DNA of 64,000 bases from Podarcis gaigeae (Eukaryota), in NCBI GenBank assembly GCA_964106915.2, contig OZ066916.1, one strand, 5' to 3'. The notes below the pieces were generated by a model. The model ran no database searches. It saw only the letters and a list, made by a program, of their open reading frames with translations, and had not been told where the DNA came from. Below are positions 1 to 12,494 of this stretch, one piece after another (positions within the stretch are counted from its first letter, which is position 1; each line of letters opens with the position of its first letter). Made by a program: the position numbers and the translations under genes.

Positions 1-499
1 AGGATATCCTGCATTTCAACAGCAAGCAGCTTCTGACTCTCTTCTAACCCTTATACAGCTTTCTGTAGAGACAGGATATCTCCTCTCTGTACTGCCATTA
101 TGAACTGATTTCGGCATGTATTCGACAGGAAAAAAATAAGATTTGCAGTTGCCATACACATGGGAACCTAGTGAATACTTGTTCCTTCTGAATACAGAAG
201 TCATTCATGGTCCCATGTCTCATTTCTTGCTGTGATAACCAACATCCTGCTATGTCCCATCAGCATAAAGATTTCTGCTTGCACAACAGGACTTTCTTCT
301 TCACTGCGTATGCCCTACAGCATCCCCAAATTTGCTCGAGAATGTTTATAAACCCCTAGAAAGCACAAGGATTTCCATCCTTGCACTGATGGAACAAGAG
401 ATTTGGCACTACTTTGGATTCTACCCCAATTATTTCAAAATGTATCAGTTCAGGGGCTAGCTAACACGGTGTCTCCATAACCTTCTCAGACTACACAGG

Positions 500-675
500 G
501 AAACAGAAAGCTGTCCAATAGTGGTCTACGTAGCTCAGCATTGTCTACAATGATTGGCACCAATTCTCCATGACTTCATAAAGTGGTGTCACCCAGCCCT
601 ATCTGGAGGGTCCAGGGATTGAATTTAGGACCTCTTGCATGTGAAGAAAATGCTCTACCACTGAGCTATGGTACT
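500..675 (-). mobile_element. Degenerate tRNA-derived squamate SINE
   Basis: The minus strand reads CCATAGCTCAGTGGTAGAGCAT (A box) ... AAATTCAATCCC (decayed B box), followed by a body ending GTAGACAATGCTGAGCTA. Related decayed copies lie near 28955-29020 and 39485-39620. Boundaries are approximate. Confidence 0.7.
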
Positions 676-1344
676 TCCCCATCTACAACTACAATTCCTG
701 CAATCCTTCAACACTGGCCACGATGGCTGGGGCTGATGGAATGTGAAGTCCAACATCATCTGTGGCTCTATGTTCTCCTTGCATTAAATCCATGGCACAA
801 TGCAGGAGAATGAAAAAGCATTTTATGAAAATCTCCCAATATAGCTGGATCTAGTAAACGTCCCATGCTCTTTAAGTGAATAATGTATAGCAACCTGGCC
901 CAAAGTCAAAATGCTGTATCAGTGTGGCAAAATGTCTGTGTCCCTTAACGGCCATGTTGATGATACAGAAAAATAGCAGCTGATGTAACTAACACATTGC
1001 ATTCATTTCCGAGGACTCCAGCACTCACTTCCAGTAGCTCTACAAAGCTCACTTTCCAAACAAGCCCAGAACCTTCTGCTAGGCTATTGAAGAACTGTGG
1101 GTGCTTTAGCCTCCTGTTTGATATTACTCGTATGCAAACACTACTCACCTATTTTGTGTCGTGCATAAAAGATAGCAAACACAGTAAAGTTTAATATAAA
1201 ACGATGAACAACCTTAAATTAGAGGTGCATTATTTTCATTTATGCATCTTGATTTGGATTTTAGCACCCTAAACCAATTCCCATTATACAGTAAAATAAA
1301 TGAAATTAAACACACAGCTCATGCTGTATAAATAGTACCGTGAA

Positions 1345-1457
1345 CATGGCTCTATTGGTAGAGCATGAGACTCTTAATCTCAGCATTGTGGGTTTAAGCC
1401 CCACATTGGGCAAAAACATTCCTGCATATCCTTCCAGCTTGACACCTCTATGATTCT
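1345..1457 (+). mobile_element. tRNA-Lys(CTT)-derived head joined to a CR1-type 3' tail (SINE or tRNA/CR1 chimera)
   Basis: TGGCTCTATTGGTAGAGCATGAGACTCTTAATCTCAGCATTGTGGGTTTAAGCCCCACATTGGGCA follows vertebrate tRNA-Lys with the CTT anticodon at 1373-1375. The acceptor stem and T-loop are damaged. It is followed by ATTCCTGCAT...CTCTATGATTCT, which resembles the CR1 ends elsewhere in the window. Confidence 0.8.
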
Positions 1458-2710
1458 GTGTGTATGTATAACTACACAAGAGGGTTGGATATTCTTCTAC
1501 AAGGATGCAAAATAATCCAAATTACTCCATGTGGGATTCAGACTGTGTATATAATCTCCTTTCTAAGTGTTTGTCCACCTGAGCAGAACACTGTGCAAAA
1601 CACTCTGTTATCTGTTACCATTCACTCATTAACCCTTTTCAGGCATTCATTGTGCAGAGATCACATTTATTAAATTTGAGAAAGTGTTGTGGGCACCAGG
1701 CACAACATGGCCTAGGGGTGTGGCATAGCACAAAATTTTCTGGGGGAGGGGGGAACCAAACTGAACAATATGCTTGCCACAGGAAGTCAGCTATGTCCTG
1801 CTGGTCCCAATTGTGGAGATCGCACAATATTAATCACACACACTCGTACACTCACATGCTGTTGCTGTCTAAAAGCAACAGGGAGAATTTGTCTCAGGAC
1901 CAGGCAAAAGATGTATCAGGTGGCCATACCACGTTCACTCTTAAAGAGTGCAGACATGCATATGGAACACAGACACATAGACATCTTTCTGTTTTTCTCT
2001 TATACATGCATGTTTCACATATATAACTTTCCCTCTCTCCCACATCTGCTAGAATTTTTCAGGTGAGTGCAAAGTAAATGCTGAAAGGGTGGACCAAGAG
2101 AGAGGGGTGAGGAGGGAGCATGGGAGGGACAAGTAAATTTTGCATCATACCTCAAGTTCTAAAAACGGTAGAAACTTTATTTGTTAAAAAATGAAAGCTT
2201 TGAATTTGAGGATTCTGGTTTATTCCAGGAGCACCAAAGACAGCCTTCACAGGCACTGTGTTAGTGACCCCCATATTATGGAGACTAAGTTAACACACAA
2301 GGAGGGGAGACTGCATGAGTGCAGTAGGTCTCTCTCTCTCCTGCCCTCCATCTCAAACATAGTCCACATGTTCAGGGGCAATTGTCTTCAGCAAACAAGC
2401 CTCCAGTAATCGTGGAGGCTCCCATGCCTGGAGTATCAGGGTTGCAAACATGCAGTTACCTCCATGAACAAAGGAGGCTTCCTCACTGCAGATAATCACC
2501 CTTGAACATGCACAGAGCAAGGGGAATGGGATGCAGTTTGCACTCTCATTCACAATATCCCCTCCTTGCATGTTTAACTAAACCCAATGATCTTCTCTTG
2601 ACAGCAGCCAGCATGTTTTGTTACTATTCCCTGAAGGGAAGGGGGAAGAATTTATGTAAAAACAAATGTAAGAATATGAAAAATATTTGTGCATGTGTGC
2701 TTGCCATTAC

Positions 2711-2912
2711 CTGAAATATTGGTGGTTACATTGATTGCCGCAGCTGGCCCAAATCCTTTCACCGTGCTGGCCCTTATATAAAACTGGTAGGTAGTCCCGG
2801 GATGTAGATGGGAAAAGACATGATGTGTACTGTTCCATAGCTTTGATACAGTTTGAGCTGGCCCAGCCACTGGAACTGCGGGATCAAATGATCTTATGCT
2901 GCTGTAACTGAC
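2711..2912 (-). CDS. PTPRK: PTPRK coding exon (exon 10 equivalent), C-terminal half of FN3 repeat 3, 202 nt
   Basis: Acceptor TTGTTTCCACAG|GTC AGT, donor TCA G|GTAATG. Encodes [67 protein letters not shown]. Confidence 0.96.
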
Positions 2913-4864
2913 CTGTGGAAACAATTTCAGAGTCTTAGCAGGATCCTTGGCAGGATTAAGGAATTTCTGAGAATCAGTGAAACGTTTAGATTAAGCTTCT
3001 GGATTTCAGCGAAAGAACCTTGCTTTCAAATCCAAACTTAGCATATAGTGGCAATGGACACACGACAATCTCTCCACCTTGGCTCTCTGTAAGCTCAGTA
3101 AATCAATCTATATATACAAGCCAAAAATGTTTTGGCTTGTATAATTTTTATGAGATGAACAAAATGGTTCTACATTTCACTAATTTAAGACTTTACAATA
3201 AAGAACCCCAGACCCTACCGGCTTCTAATTCTGGCTCCCAGGACTTCTCCCAGACCATGGTCCCTCAGCTGCCCTGCTCTGCATCACCCTCAAGTACTTT
3301 TGCCTGATTGGAAATTGTCCTTTAACTGTAAACATGCCTCTTACTTGCCTGGATGTGTGTGTGTGTGTGCATGAATAGAAACATGCATGGCTGGAATATA
3401 GTCCACTATACACAGGAAGAGTTGCATCCATTTCCTCAACCACTTTTGCCTCTGGCACATCAGACATGTAGGCCCCCAAAGGTTCATCACCAGGGGACGT
3501 GGCCCTTCAGCAGAAAACGGTCCCTTGGACCTACTACATACAACGCTGGACCAATCATGCTGACTGCAGCTTGGCAAGTGGCAAAATTTAGACGTATATT
3601 GAGTCCTGTCCCCTGACCCCAGGCTACTGTGGCTTTCTCTAATTTCTCTACAAAATCAGATATCTACTTCAAATCTTGTCATCCAGGTGAAGGCAGGAAG
3701 CCCCCTTATTTGCTTTGTTATGGTAAAGTGGCAGACAGCTGCTTATTTCCTTCATTCCTCTCTTTCTGTTAAAAAGTACTACTTAAATATAGTGAAGCAA
3801 TACTACATATGTATTCAAGCCCACCCATGATATACTGAGCTTTTTCATTAGTACAGTGGTGAAATTCAAGAATGTAAAGTGCTAATGAGGATAAGCAGAA
3901 ATATGCTAGGTCATGTAAAATATGATGGCATTTAACTGCCTCCTGTAAGTATTTAATTTGTTTTTTAAGCAGAAAAGTAATATTGTCAAGGCTGCCCAGT
4001 TCAGAGTATGATAGATACACAGGAAATTTGGTGCAAAATTATTGTTTTCCCTTCCTTCCCCAAGGGCTCATTCATCAAACCACTGTTGCTGCTTTTTGAA
4101 TCACCAGAATTTGCATTCAGAGTTTCTTGAAGGGGAAAAACACGTTACCTTGAAGACTAGAATTGTCAGGTTTCTATTAATAAATTTTCACATATATTAC
4201 CTGTAGCCTTCACTGGACAGGGCTCCATTAAATCATGATTCAGGAAAGCTATATATTAATGCTACTAGATCTAAATCAAAGTTACAAATTTAAGCTCTAG
4301 GTTTCATCATTTATTAAAAGTCTATTGGCAGAGCAAGCCTGTATCATTATATAATTTTAGAAGGAGTTCTTAATATTTTTTAATCACAACAGTTCAACCA
4401 TTCTGTAATTTAATTTAAGGATTATTATGACATACTGATTTCAGGCTCAGGTCAGTCATTGTGTGGACAGCACCGTGAATAGATTCACATTATTATATAC
4501 TTTACTGTTCTGCACAGAAAAAGAGTTCACTTAAAAAAAAAAAGATTAAGTTTATCATTAAATTCCCATGCACCAAAAAGAGACTCAAAAGAAGGGACAA
4601 ACTTATAACATATCTTATTCCTACAAAGTAATGGAAGAAATAGTTCTTTCGGATTCCTCGTAGCCAGTTTTGAATATGGATCAAGGTGATTTTACTGGAG
4701 ACATTTTCCAGGCCAACTACATTGGCACACTCTAAGTTGAAGACCAGCATGGCAGTGAAGAATGAAGCATAGTTTAAAGTTTTAGGGAAAATGTACATAT
4801 TATCCCCAAGATTCTCATGCATACTCCAAACACAGGACACTACAGCCATTTTTTTTTTAAATAC

Positions 4865-4974
4865 CTCATACTGTGTGATGATCCCATTTGAATCCATAGG
4901 TTCTTTCCAGTTTAGGAAGATCTTGTCTTCAAAGGGAGTTCCTTTTAGTGATTTTGCTGGTACAGGACCAGGCA
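4865..4974 (-). CDS. PTPRK: PTPRK coding exon (exon 9 equivalent), N-terminal half of FN3 repeat 3, 110 nt
   Basis: Acceptor TTTGTTTGTTTTACAG|TG CCT, donor TAT GAG|GTATTT. Encodes (V)PGPVPAKSLKGTPFEDKIFLNWKEPMDSNGIITQYE. Confidence 0.96.
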
Positions 4975-5413
4975 CTGTAAAACAAACAAAAAACATCCAG
5001 GTTTAAAGGTGTTAGCCAAATAATCACCCCAAAAGTCAGATAAAGGCAACCCCCTCAAATGAATAAGTATTGGGCTTAGAATCAAGCCACATGAAATGGC
5101 AGCTCGGTTTTGAGAATGTATGGATTGTTGTTTAAATAGCAGCCTGGACCATGAATAAATTGGTTCAAAATGAGTCAGCTTTGCAATTCCACAGGTGAAT
5201 TATGAGGCACATTACAGCCTGTTGGAACTATCAGCAGATCATTTGGCAAAGGTGTGTATCTAAAAAGAAAGTGTGGGACAATGCAAAGGGGAGGGGGAAA
5301 TTAAGAAAACTCCAACAAGTTACTTCTATTTAAACTTGTATTAGCCTACCTTTTAAATTATTCCCCCTTCAACCTCACATTCTTAAACCTTAAAATGCAA
5401 TGAGTTCCATATA

Positions 5414-5644
5414 CAGTGGTACCTCGGGTTACATACGCTTCAGGTTACATATGTTTCAGGTTACACACTCGGCTAACCCAGAAATAGTGCTTCAGGTTAA
5501 GAACTTTGCTTCAGGATGAGAACAGATATCGTGCTCCAGCAGCAGGAAGCCCCATTAGCTAAAGTGGTGCTTCAGGTTAAGAACAGTTTCAGGTTAAGTA
5601 CGGACCTCCGGAACAAATTAAGTACTTAACCCGAGGTACCACTG
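5414..5644 (+). mobile_element. Non-autonomous Tc1/mariner-superfamily (pogo/Tigger-like) MITE, complete
   Basis: Perfect 18-bp TIRs CAGTGGTACCTCGGGTTA / TAACCCGAGGTACCACTG, TA on both flanks (5412-5413, 5645-5646), and internal repeats of TTCAGGTTA. Strand is assigned arbitrarily. Confidence 0.93.
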
Positions 5645-6500
5645 TATGACCTTTCTGAAAGATTTGTTCCCAAAACATGTTGCCAATTTGTAATGGACAG
5701 AAACAAAGCCATTGAATCAAAGGAACTATAAGCAGTAGGAAATATCAAGAGGTCCATCACAAGTGTCAGAATTATTTCAGATTCTTTGAAGCTAACAATA
5801 ATATGCTGCCCCTGGGACAAACAAATTAATTTGGTGAATTAAAAATAAATTTGTGGAGAAAAAAGTCCATAGGTGCACAGATGAGATTCAAGTACTCAGC
5901 TTCCATGAGTTATATTCATCCATCAGTCAACTGAAGACTACTATTCTTTGCTTCACAATACTGACAAAGATTCAAGCAGAGATGATGGCTGATGTCCCTT
6001 GACAGTCCCTCTGTGCTGTTTTGTGGCATTTGCTGATGTGCTGTAGGCATCTTTCTGTTTTCTATGGCAGTGCTCTGTGTTTCTCTTGTCTACAGTTCAA
6101 ATGGAGCATATATTGCACAGGGCCTAGCCCAGGTGACAGACTTCCTTTGGCAGTTGAATGTGCACATGACAGACTGCACTGAAATGTGTCTTGCAAATGA
6201 ACATGATTATAGTATGCGCAATGCTTGAGTGTTCATTACAAACAGAGTTATTTAAGGCTGCAAGCTTATGGCCAACTAAAGTGCTTTGCAACTGAATACA
6301 AGACTGCTGGACTGAAAACCATCACCCCACAGAGAGCCTAGAACCCAGCAGCTAAATAACTGGTTGGTTAGCTCAGATAAAGATACGTGATTCAGCTCTG
6401 CTACAAATCACTTCTTTTTGTTCCCTAGACGTCATAATACCAATATAACAGAAGAATCAATTTGTTGCAAAATTCCCCTCTTAATGGCTAGACTCTAGAC

Positions 6501-6638
6501 CAGGGACGGGCAACTTGTGGAACTCTAGGTGCTGTTGGATTCCCAACTCAGATCAGTCTCAGACAGCATGGCGATGGTCAGGGATGATGGGAGTGTTAGT
6601 CCAACCACATCTGCTGGCTAACTGGGTCCTCAACTCTG
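6501..6638. mobile_element. hAT (Charlie-like) palindromic MITE
   Basis: Ends CAGGGA...ACTCTG. Flanks CTCTAGAC (6493-6500) and CTCCAGAC (6639-6646) form an 8-bp TSD of NTCTAGAN type. Decayed copy of the internal family motif ACTACAACTCCCATCA...TGATGGGAGTTGTAGTCC. Confidence 0.75.
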
Positions 6639-8720
6639 CTCCAGACCTAGCAGCCAGAGAGCTCTTTGCTAATAATACAAACACGTACCTACACTTGGGT
6701 GCACCTTTGCCCTATACTACTTTCTTCTTGGAACTGAAAATAATAAAACATAACAAGGGGGAGCCAGGTCTCCACTATCTGTAAGCAATGTGTTGTCTTT
6801 CAGCTCAAAGCTCATTTTGTCCCATCTCTATTAGATGCTGTATCTCTTGACCAGCCTCCTTATTATTCCTCCAATAGTTTTTTCCAAGCACAAGTGCTAA
6901 AGAGTTTTTATTTAGAGCCCCCTTTCTGATCAACTACTATTTCTGTCTCAACTCCCTGCCTCCTCTGCTGGATATCTGATATGAGAGAGAAAAAGAGAAA
7001 AGCAGAAAGACTTGGCTTCAGAAGATAAATAAAGGGCATACGATAGCTAGAAATGTGGAATTGTTATACGAGCAACTGAAGATCCCAGTATGTAAAATAA
7101 TATAACTTCACATTTGTATTATACATTTTTTGGTATGTATATAAATCACAGATTTTTGAACATTTGGAGATGGCAATATTGGGCCTGCAAGAGATTTATG
7201 TCTTTCCTTGTATCCCCACATTTCTTTCTAAGGACCCCAAGGGAAAGAAACCAGCAGCCAGCTCACATTCCACACTCCTGGATTCATATATTTTGTTGGC
7301 GGACGTAGGGTTGACTGGAAACACGCATTAGTATAATTTGCATCTTTGTTTACCAGCAACAAAAAAATACATAAATAAAATGTAACACTGTGCTACAATT
7401 TGTCAAAAACACAGATTAGGTTGCAAAAAAGAAATTGGGCATTATGCAGAGACACATTAGGGACACTTTGATTCTGAACCCAAAACATAAGTCATCAGAT
7501 ATCAGATAGATTCATACTTATACAATATTATAATTTCTGTTTGTTTGTTTTTTGTTAAAAATATGTTCACTGTCAAATGTTTCATATGGCTGCGGCCCAT
7601 GAAGATTAACCTAATTTAATGTCACCTATCTCAGGCCATAGCTAAAATAAAATGTCAACTAAAATGAGATGTGTTGGAGTGTGTGTGTATGAATGGGGGG
7701 GACCCATTTTTTAGTACAGGGTTGGAGTCCCCCCCACATCAAGTATGAGAGGTGGGCTAGGCCAGGGCCAACCACCACCTTCTCTCCCTCTCTGTCACTC
7801 TATTCTCTTTCTCCTGGAGAGGGACAGGTCACTCTTGCCAGAGAGCTGGACTGATCACATGCAGAGAGCTTTTGAAATTAGGCCAAGTGATGCATGTATC
7901 AGGGATAGAGCAAAACTTTCAATCTCTTAAAACTTTGGTCCATGTACAACTGGAGGAACTTCAAGGCCATTTATCCAATGATGTCATCTTGAATCAACTG
8001 TGCCAATTACCCAAATGCCAGTAATGGGAGAGGGGTTTTTTTAGCAGCACTTCCCAACTGTAGCCCACACAGCTGAGATAAGGGGCAATATTTGCCACCC
8101 CGCCATATGGGAGCAGGGTTTCATTTGGGGCTATGAGTCACTTCACCTGCAAAACTGACAGCAATTATGCACTTTCTTCTAAATGAGTGAATGGATGCCA
8201 CACCATTTATACATTTTAGCAAATACTTACAAATTCTACATCCTGACATCATATACACCTCTCTCTCCAACCTTTCTTTGGTTAAATTCAGTTAATGATT
8301 TGTGTATCAACCATAGGTGAAGGTTCTAAACTACCAGGCAGACCTGGTTTAGAACAGCTTGTCTTTATTCTTCCATTTGCTCAGGAGTCCTATCTAGATG
8401 TAGTGGCTTCTGGAATCAGATCAATGCCTTATTGATTCAGACACTGCATCAAACTCCAGTTAGCACAATACATGGGTTGATTCTGATGTGCCAGATGATC
8501 TGAAACCATGGTTTGTTGACTATACCACGTCTTAGTTGAGGTTATTGGTGTGATGCTGGAACAACTGATGATTCAACTTTCCCCTTATAGCTACTTGTTC
8601 CAATCCAGTATCTCATGTGACTCTGAATCTATGAGTGCATCTCTTTGAGCATGTAAAGCTGCCCTCTCTATTGAAGCGAACAGGGTATTTTGCTTGTACT
8701 TCATGAGGCACTGGTCACAA

Positions 8721-8845
8721 CAGGGGTGGCTCCCGGTGCCCTTCGGCTGTTGCTGGACTACAGCTATCATCTCTGACCACTGGCCGTGGGGCTGACAGGA
8801 GCTGGAGTCCAACAATATTTGGAGCATTCCAGGGTAGCAACCCTG
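8721..8845. mobile_element. hAT palindromic MITE (same family as 6501-6638)
   Basis: CAGGGGTGGCT...AGCAACCCTG termini, with GGACTACAGCT...GGAGCTGGAGTCCAAC inside. Confidence 0.65.
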
Positions 8846-9761
8846 GTGCAACATGCAAATCTGCTTAGGCACAAGGCTTTTAAGAGATACACATTTGCCA
8901 ATATTCCTGCATTTTGAATATGCAGTTAGTCACAAACCTGACTACATGAGCATTAAGCTACTTCTGTATATTGTAATTTCCATCTAATTAGGAACTTCAT
9001 TTAATGCTGTTTTAATTTGTTGAAAATTTAGATTCATAAAAAGGATAATCACTAAAGAGCTTTGTAAACATATAAAGTGTCCCTTATTACCCCTCAAATA
9101 AGGTAAATAAAGTTATGCTGTTAGCAGGAGTAAATAAAGGATATTTTAAGGCAGTAATCTCAATATATGCAGATATAATTACTTAGTGAGTTGTAAGAAC
9201 ACAGCACTCTAAACATGAATTTGTAGAAATGACTCTGAATTTAGAGACAAACGAACACTGACATATATTTTTCTTAGGCCTGGTTCAGATGTAAGGCTAG
9301 TACCAGCATTAATGGGTACCCCCACAGAATCACCTATGGACTTTCATCAGCCCTTCTTTCTCATGCATTAAAGCCCCTCCCACATGCCTTGCAATCAAAA
9401 TTTACTAGCAATCAAAATTTGCCAGGCACCAGGCTCATTTTGCACCTGTCTATTAGCCACTTGTGAGTCTGCAGATCATTCCTTATCCTTTAAAGCTACT
9501 CATTGCACACCCAAATTGGAGTTTATCCCCTTTCTCCAATATTAAAGGTTGGTACAAGCAAAGCACTTAAACAAAAATCCACGTAAGCTATTTACACTGA
9601 TATGTGCTGACATGACTATCATTTACGTCTGGGCATTTTGTTCAACTATTCACAGGCTAACATGAACATGTAAACATAATTTTCAAGCAGGCAACACAGC
9701 TAAGAATTCTTTCAACACCTGCTTTGAGAGCTAAGGCATCAAGAGAAGAATTTGAACCTAC

Positions 9762-10064
9762 CATCTTCATCCGTTTGGATTATTGTCTCTTCACTTTCCT
9801 TTCTCCCCTCAGGATTAGTCAGGATCATTTTGAGACTGACATTAGTGTAAGGAGGCAGGTGGTTCACAACGTGCTGAGGTGCTTTGGGGTCCATATCCAA
9901 GCAGTCTGCCTTGCTTTCATTATGGCCACGGAAGTAATGGTAGCAGATCGTGACGTTGAAAGTGTGGCAGCGAGTAATGTTGTAACCTAGAGATTCCCAA
10001 TCCACAGCAATGCGTCGGGCCTGGATCTCAGCAATCTTCAATGTTTTTGGCGTTCTCATAGGCT
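9762..10064 (-). CDS. PTPRK: PTPRK coding exon (exon 8 equivalent), FN3 repeat 2, 303 nt
   Basis: Acceptor GTGTGTTTTAG|AG CCT, donor GAT G|GTAGGT. Encodes (E)PMRTPKTLKIAEIQARRIAVDWESLGYNITRCHTFNVTICYHYFRGHNESKADCLDMDPKAPQHVVNHLPPYTNVSLKMILTNPEGRKESEETIIQTDED, with N-glycosylation sequons NIT, NVT, NES and NVS. Confidence 0.97.
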
Positions 10065-12494
10065 CTAAAACACACACAGAGAGAACATGAACTACTTTGA
10101 GGAGTGTCCGAGCATAGAAGTGACACAAGAAATACAGAACCTTCATTGGTGGATTAAGTCTGCACAATGCCCACTGCATATCTGCTTTGACTTGACCTAA
10201 GAATTCCATCCCATTCTGCTGTCACATCTGCCAGCATTTGTAAATCTACATTTTAAAAAAAAGAACGACAAGTGTAAAAAAAATCCACACTAAAATGTTT
10301 AATTAGCTGACATTGTTGGACCAATTCAAAGTCTCTGACAGCAAACCCACCAAGAGCAACCAAAGACCACCACAGCTGTTACTATGATTCTGTGTGCTTT
10401 GCGGTTTCTTTCGGCATGCATTAAATTTGAGTAAATTGGATAATATATCATCCTGGTGAAGAGTCAGTGTGTTCTGCACTGTGATTTATCATGCCACCAA
10501 GCAATGCTGTTTACTAATTACACTAATTGCTCTACTAAACTAGCAGTAACCAAAATGATACAGATATTAATTAAAATTTATTACTTGGGTAATGCTGTTA
10601 TTCATCGACAAAAAAAGCCAAAACAAAAACACGACACCACTACAAAATGTCAGGCTCTTCTTTCCTTGACCCCCCCCCCTATAAACACCATAAATGGTAA
10701 AGGTCTGCACTATCACCCAAGCTCAACCATTAACATGTGCACAGCTCTCCACTCAACTGGAAAAGACCAGCAACACTTGTCTGACTCCCTGAACAGCCAT
10801 CAATCCATCACCATCTCCCTAGTGTATTCATTCCTCATGCAAGACTAACTTTATAGCCTGACTTAATTAAAGTGATTACACAATGAAAGTCATGACCATG
10901 ACCACATATACTAAAAATTCACTCAACACACACTGCATTCCTACATTCTACATTCCTGGTATATTTATTTACAGCAGCAAGTTATAGTTTGTGTATCTCA
11001 GTATTCTGCCAGATTAAGGGTGAAGCCAAATGAGCCAAACATTCTTCTATCCATTCATAAGCCTTCACTGTCTTTTAAGAACGCTCATTTACCAAATGAA
11101 AAATCTTAACTAAGCAAACAGCACAAGGCACAGATGGCACAGCCAAACAGGGGCTTCAACAAATGTGCTCAAGCATACAGCTTAAGCATCCCCACCCCCC
11201 ATCCTTGCAATACATTTGTATATATTATTGTCAGATACATGGGCTTTTCTGAATTAGTATGCTACATACAGATTAATGGATTTACTTCTCACAGTGACTA
11301 GCTTTCCACTTAGATGTTTTATCTTCTGTATTAGCTATTAATTTATTAATTAAAGAGGTAGATAGTTTGGGTTACTGAAGTAGGATGAAGGAGACCAATG
11401 TTGAAAATATATATTCAACCACCTGAGCGATAATCAGCTTGTTTTTATGAATGCAAGGACCTCTGCAAAATGTTGCCTTCAGTATGTAGCAGCATGGACA
11501 AGATCCAGTGGTCCAGGCCTGGATTTCAAAGGGCCATGCACTCGAATAAGCTTTTCACACACCCCTCCTTCCTAACGTAGCTCCCTAAAAGTGCAGCCTA
11601 AAGGAGAGGAAGCATATGGAGAAGTATTTCATGTTGTGTGAAACGTTGGAGAATCAGCATCCCCCTCATGAACATGAGGAAAGTATATGTACGTGGATGC
11701 ACTGTGGATGCACACAGGAATCTTCTTGGAGCCTTCTCCTAGAACCTGGGTAGTTTTCCAATGACCTGTGCCTTTTGGCTTGGTCATCATCCACTGAACT
11801 CAAGGCAAACTCACCCTGAGCTAGTTTGGACATAATATTAAACCATAGATTAGCACTGCAAGGGGAAAAAAACAGTCTCCACCCGGGCTTGCTTGTTCCC
11901 TGTCTCCTCTAGTACAGCCAGAAGTTCAGAAACCTTTCACTTCCATTTTCCATTTTCTTTTCCCCTTCTCCCATCCAAATCATTTTCACACTTATTTATG
12001 AATCTCCTCCCACCCCAGTGATCTCAATGCATGTCTGTTTGTATTGAAAACAGAAAAAACGAAGTAACAAGATTTTTTTTAAAAAAAACACACAACTCTC
12101 TTAACTAAGGGTAGTGGAAGCAAATCAACTTCAAGCCATACTTTATGAAGTCAGCTTGCTTTCACTAACCACAGTTTAAGGTTTGAATGACACAGTAAAC
12201 AGTTGTGAATCTAAAAGGGAAGGGGAATTCATACTGGAAGGGGAGAGGGAGGGAAAGGAGGCTAGGCTCAGTCTCATGATTTAGTGTTGTAACCAGACAT
12301 TGCCATAACGACTGTAAAAAAAAAAAAGCTATCTGAGGTGTGGTGTTTGCACACAGGAATCTCTCCTTTTTATTTTCGAATTTTAAAAACACTTTTGGAA
12401 CTTTGACAAAGTTCCAAGCGACTTCAATATCTAGGCTTCTTCTGAGACGGAGATGGGCAAGTTCTCCAATTTCAAGTGTTTATGGTTTACATTC

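Noticed and set aside
1345-1412. Functional tRNA-Lys gene
   Set aside because: The 5' acceptor strand is missing, the B box is mutated (GGTTTAAG), there is no oligo-T terminator, and it is followed by a CR1-like tail.
2028-2068. Plus-strand TTTTTCAG|GTGAGT, and a strong plus-strand acceptor at about 20225-20247, as exons of an antisense transcript
   Set aside because: Isolated splice-like motifs are expected by chance in 64 kb. No exon chain or promoter can be supported without RNA data.
4502-4864. Hydrophobic read-through extension of exon 9 (ORF 4502..4996) as an alternative membrane-anchored isoform
   Set aside because: A canonical donor at 4864 with phase matching the next exon. The extension is T-rich intronic sequence that gives Phe/Leu by composition, and there is no evidence of intron retention.
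11820-12300. Degenerate palindromic repeats (also about 235-430, 52250-52470 and 61730-61950), possibly old non-autonomous DNA transposons
   Set aside because: Similarity between copies is visible, but termini and TSDs could not be fixed, so they were not annotated as features.
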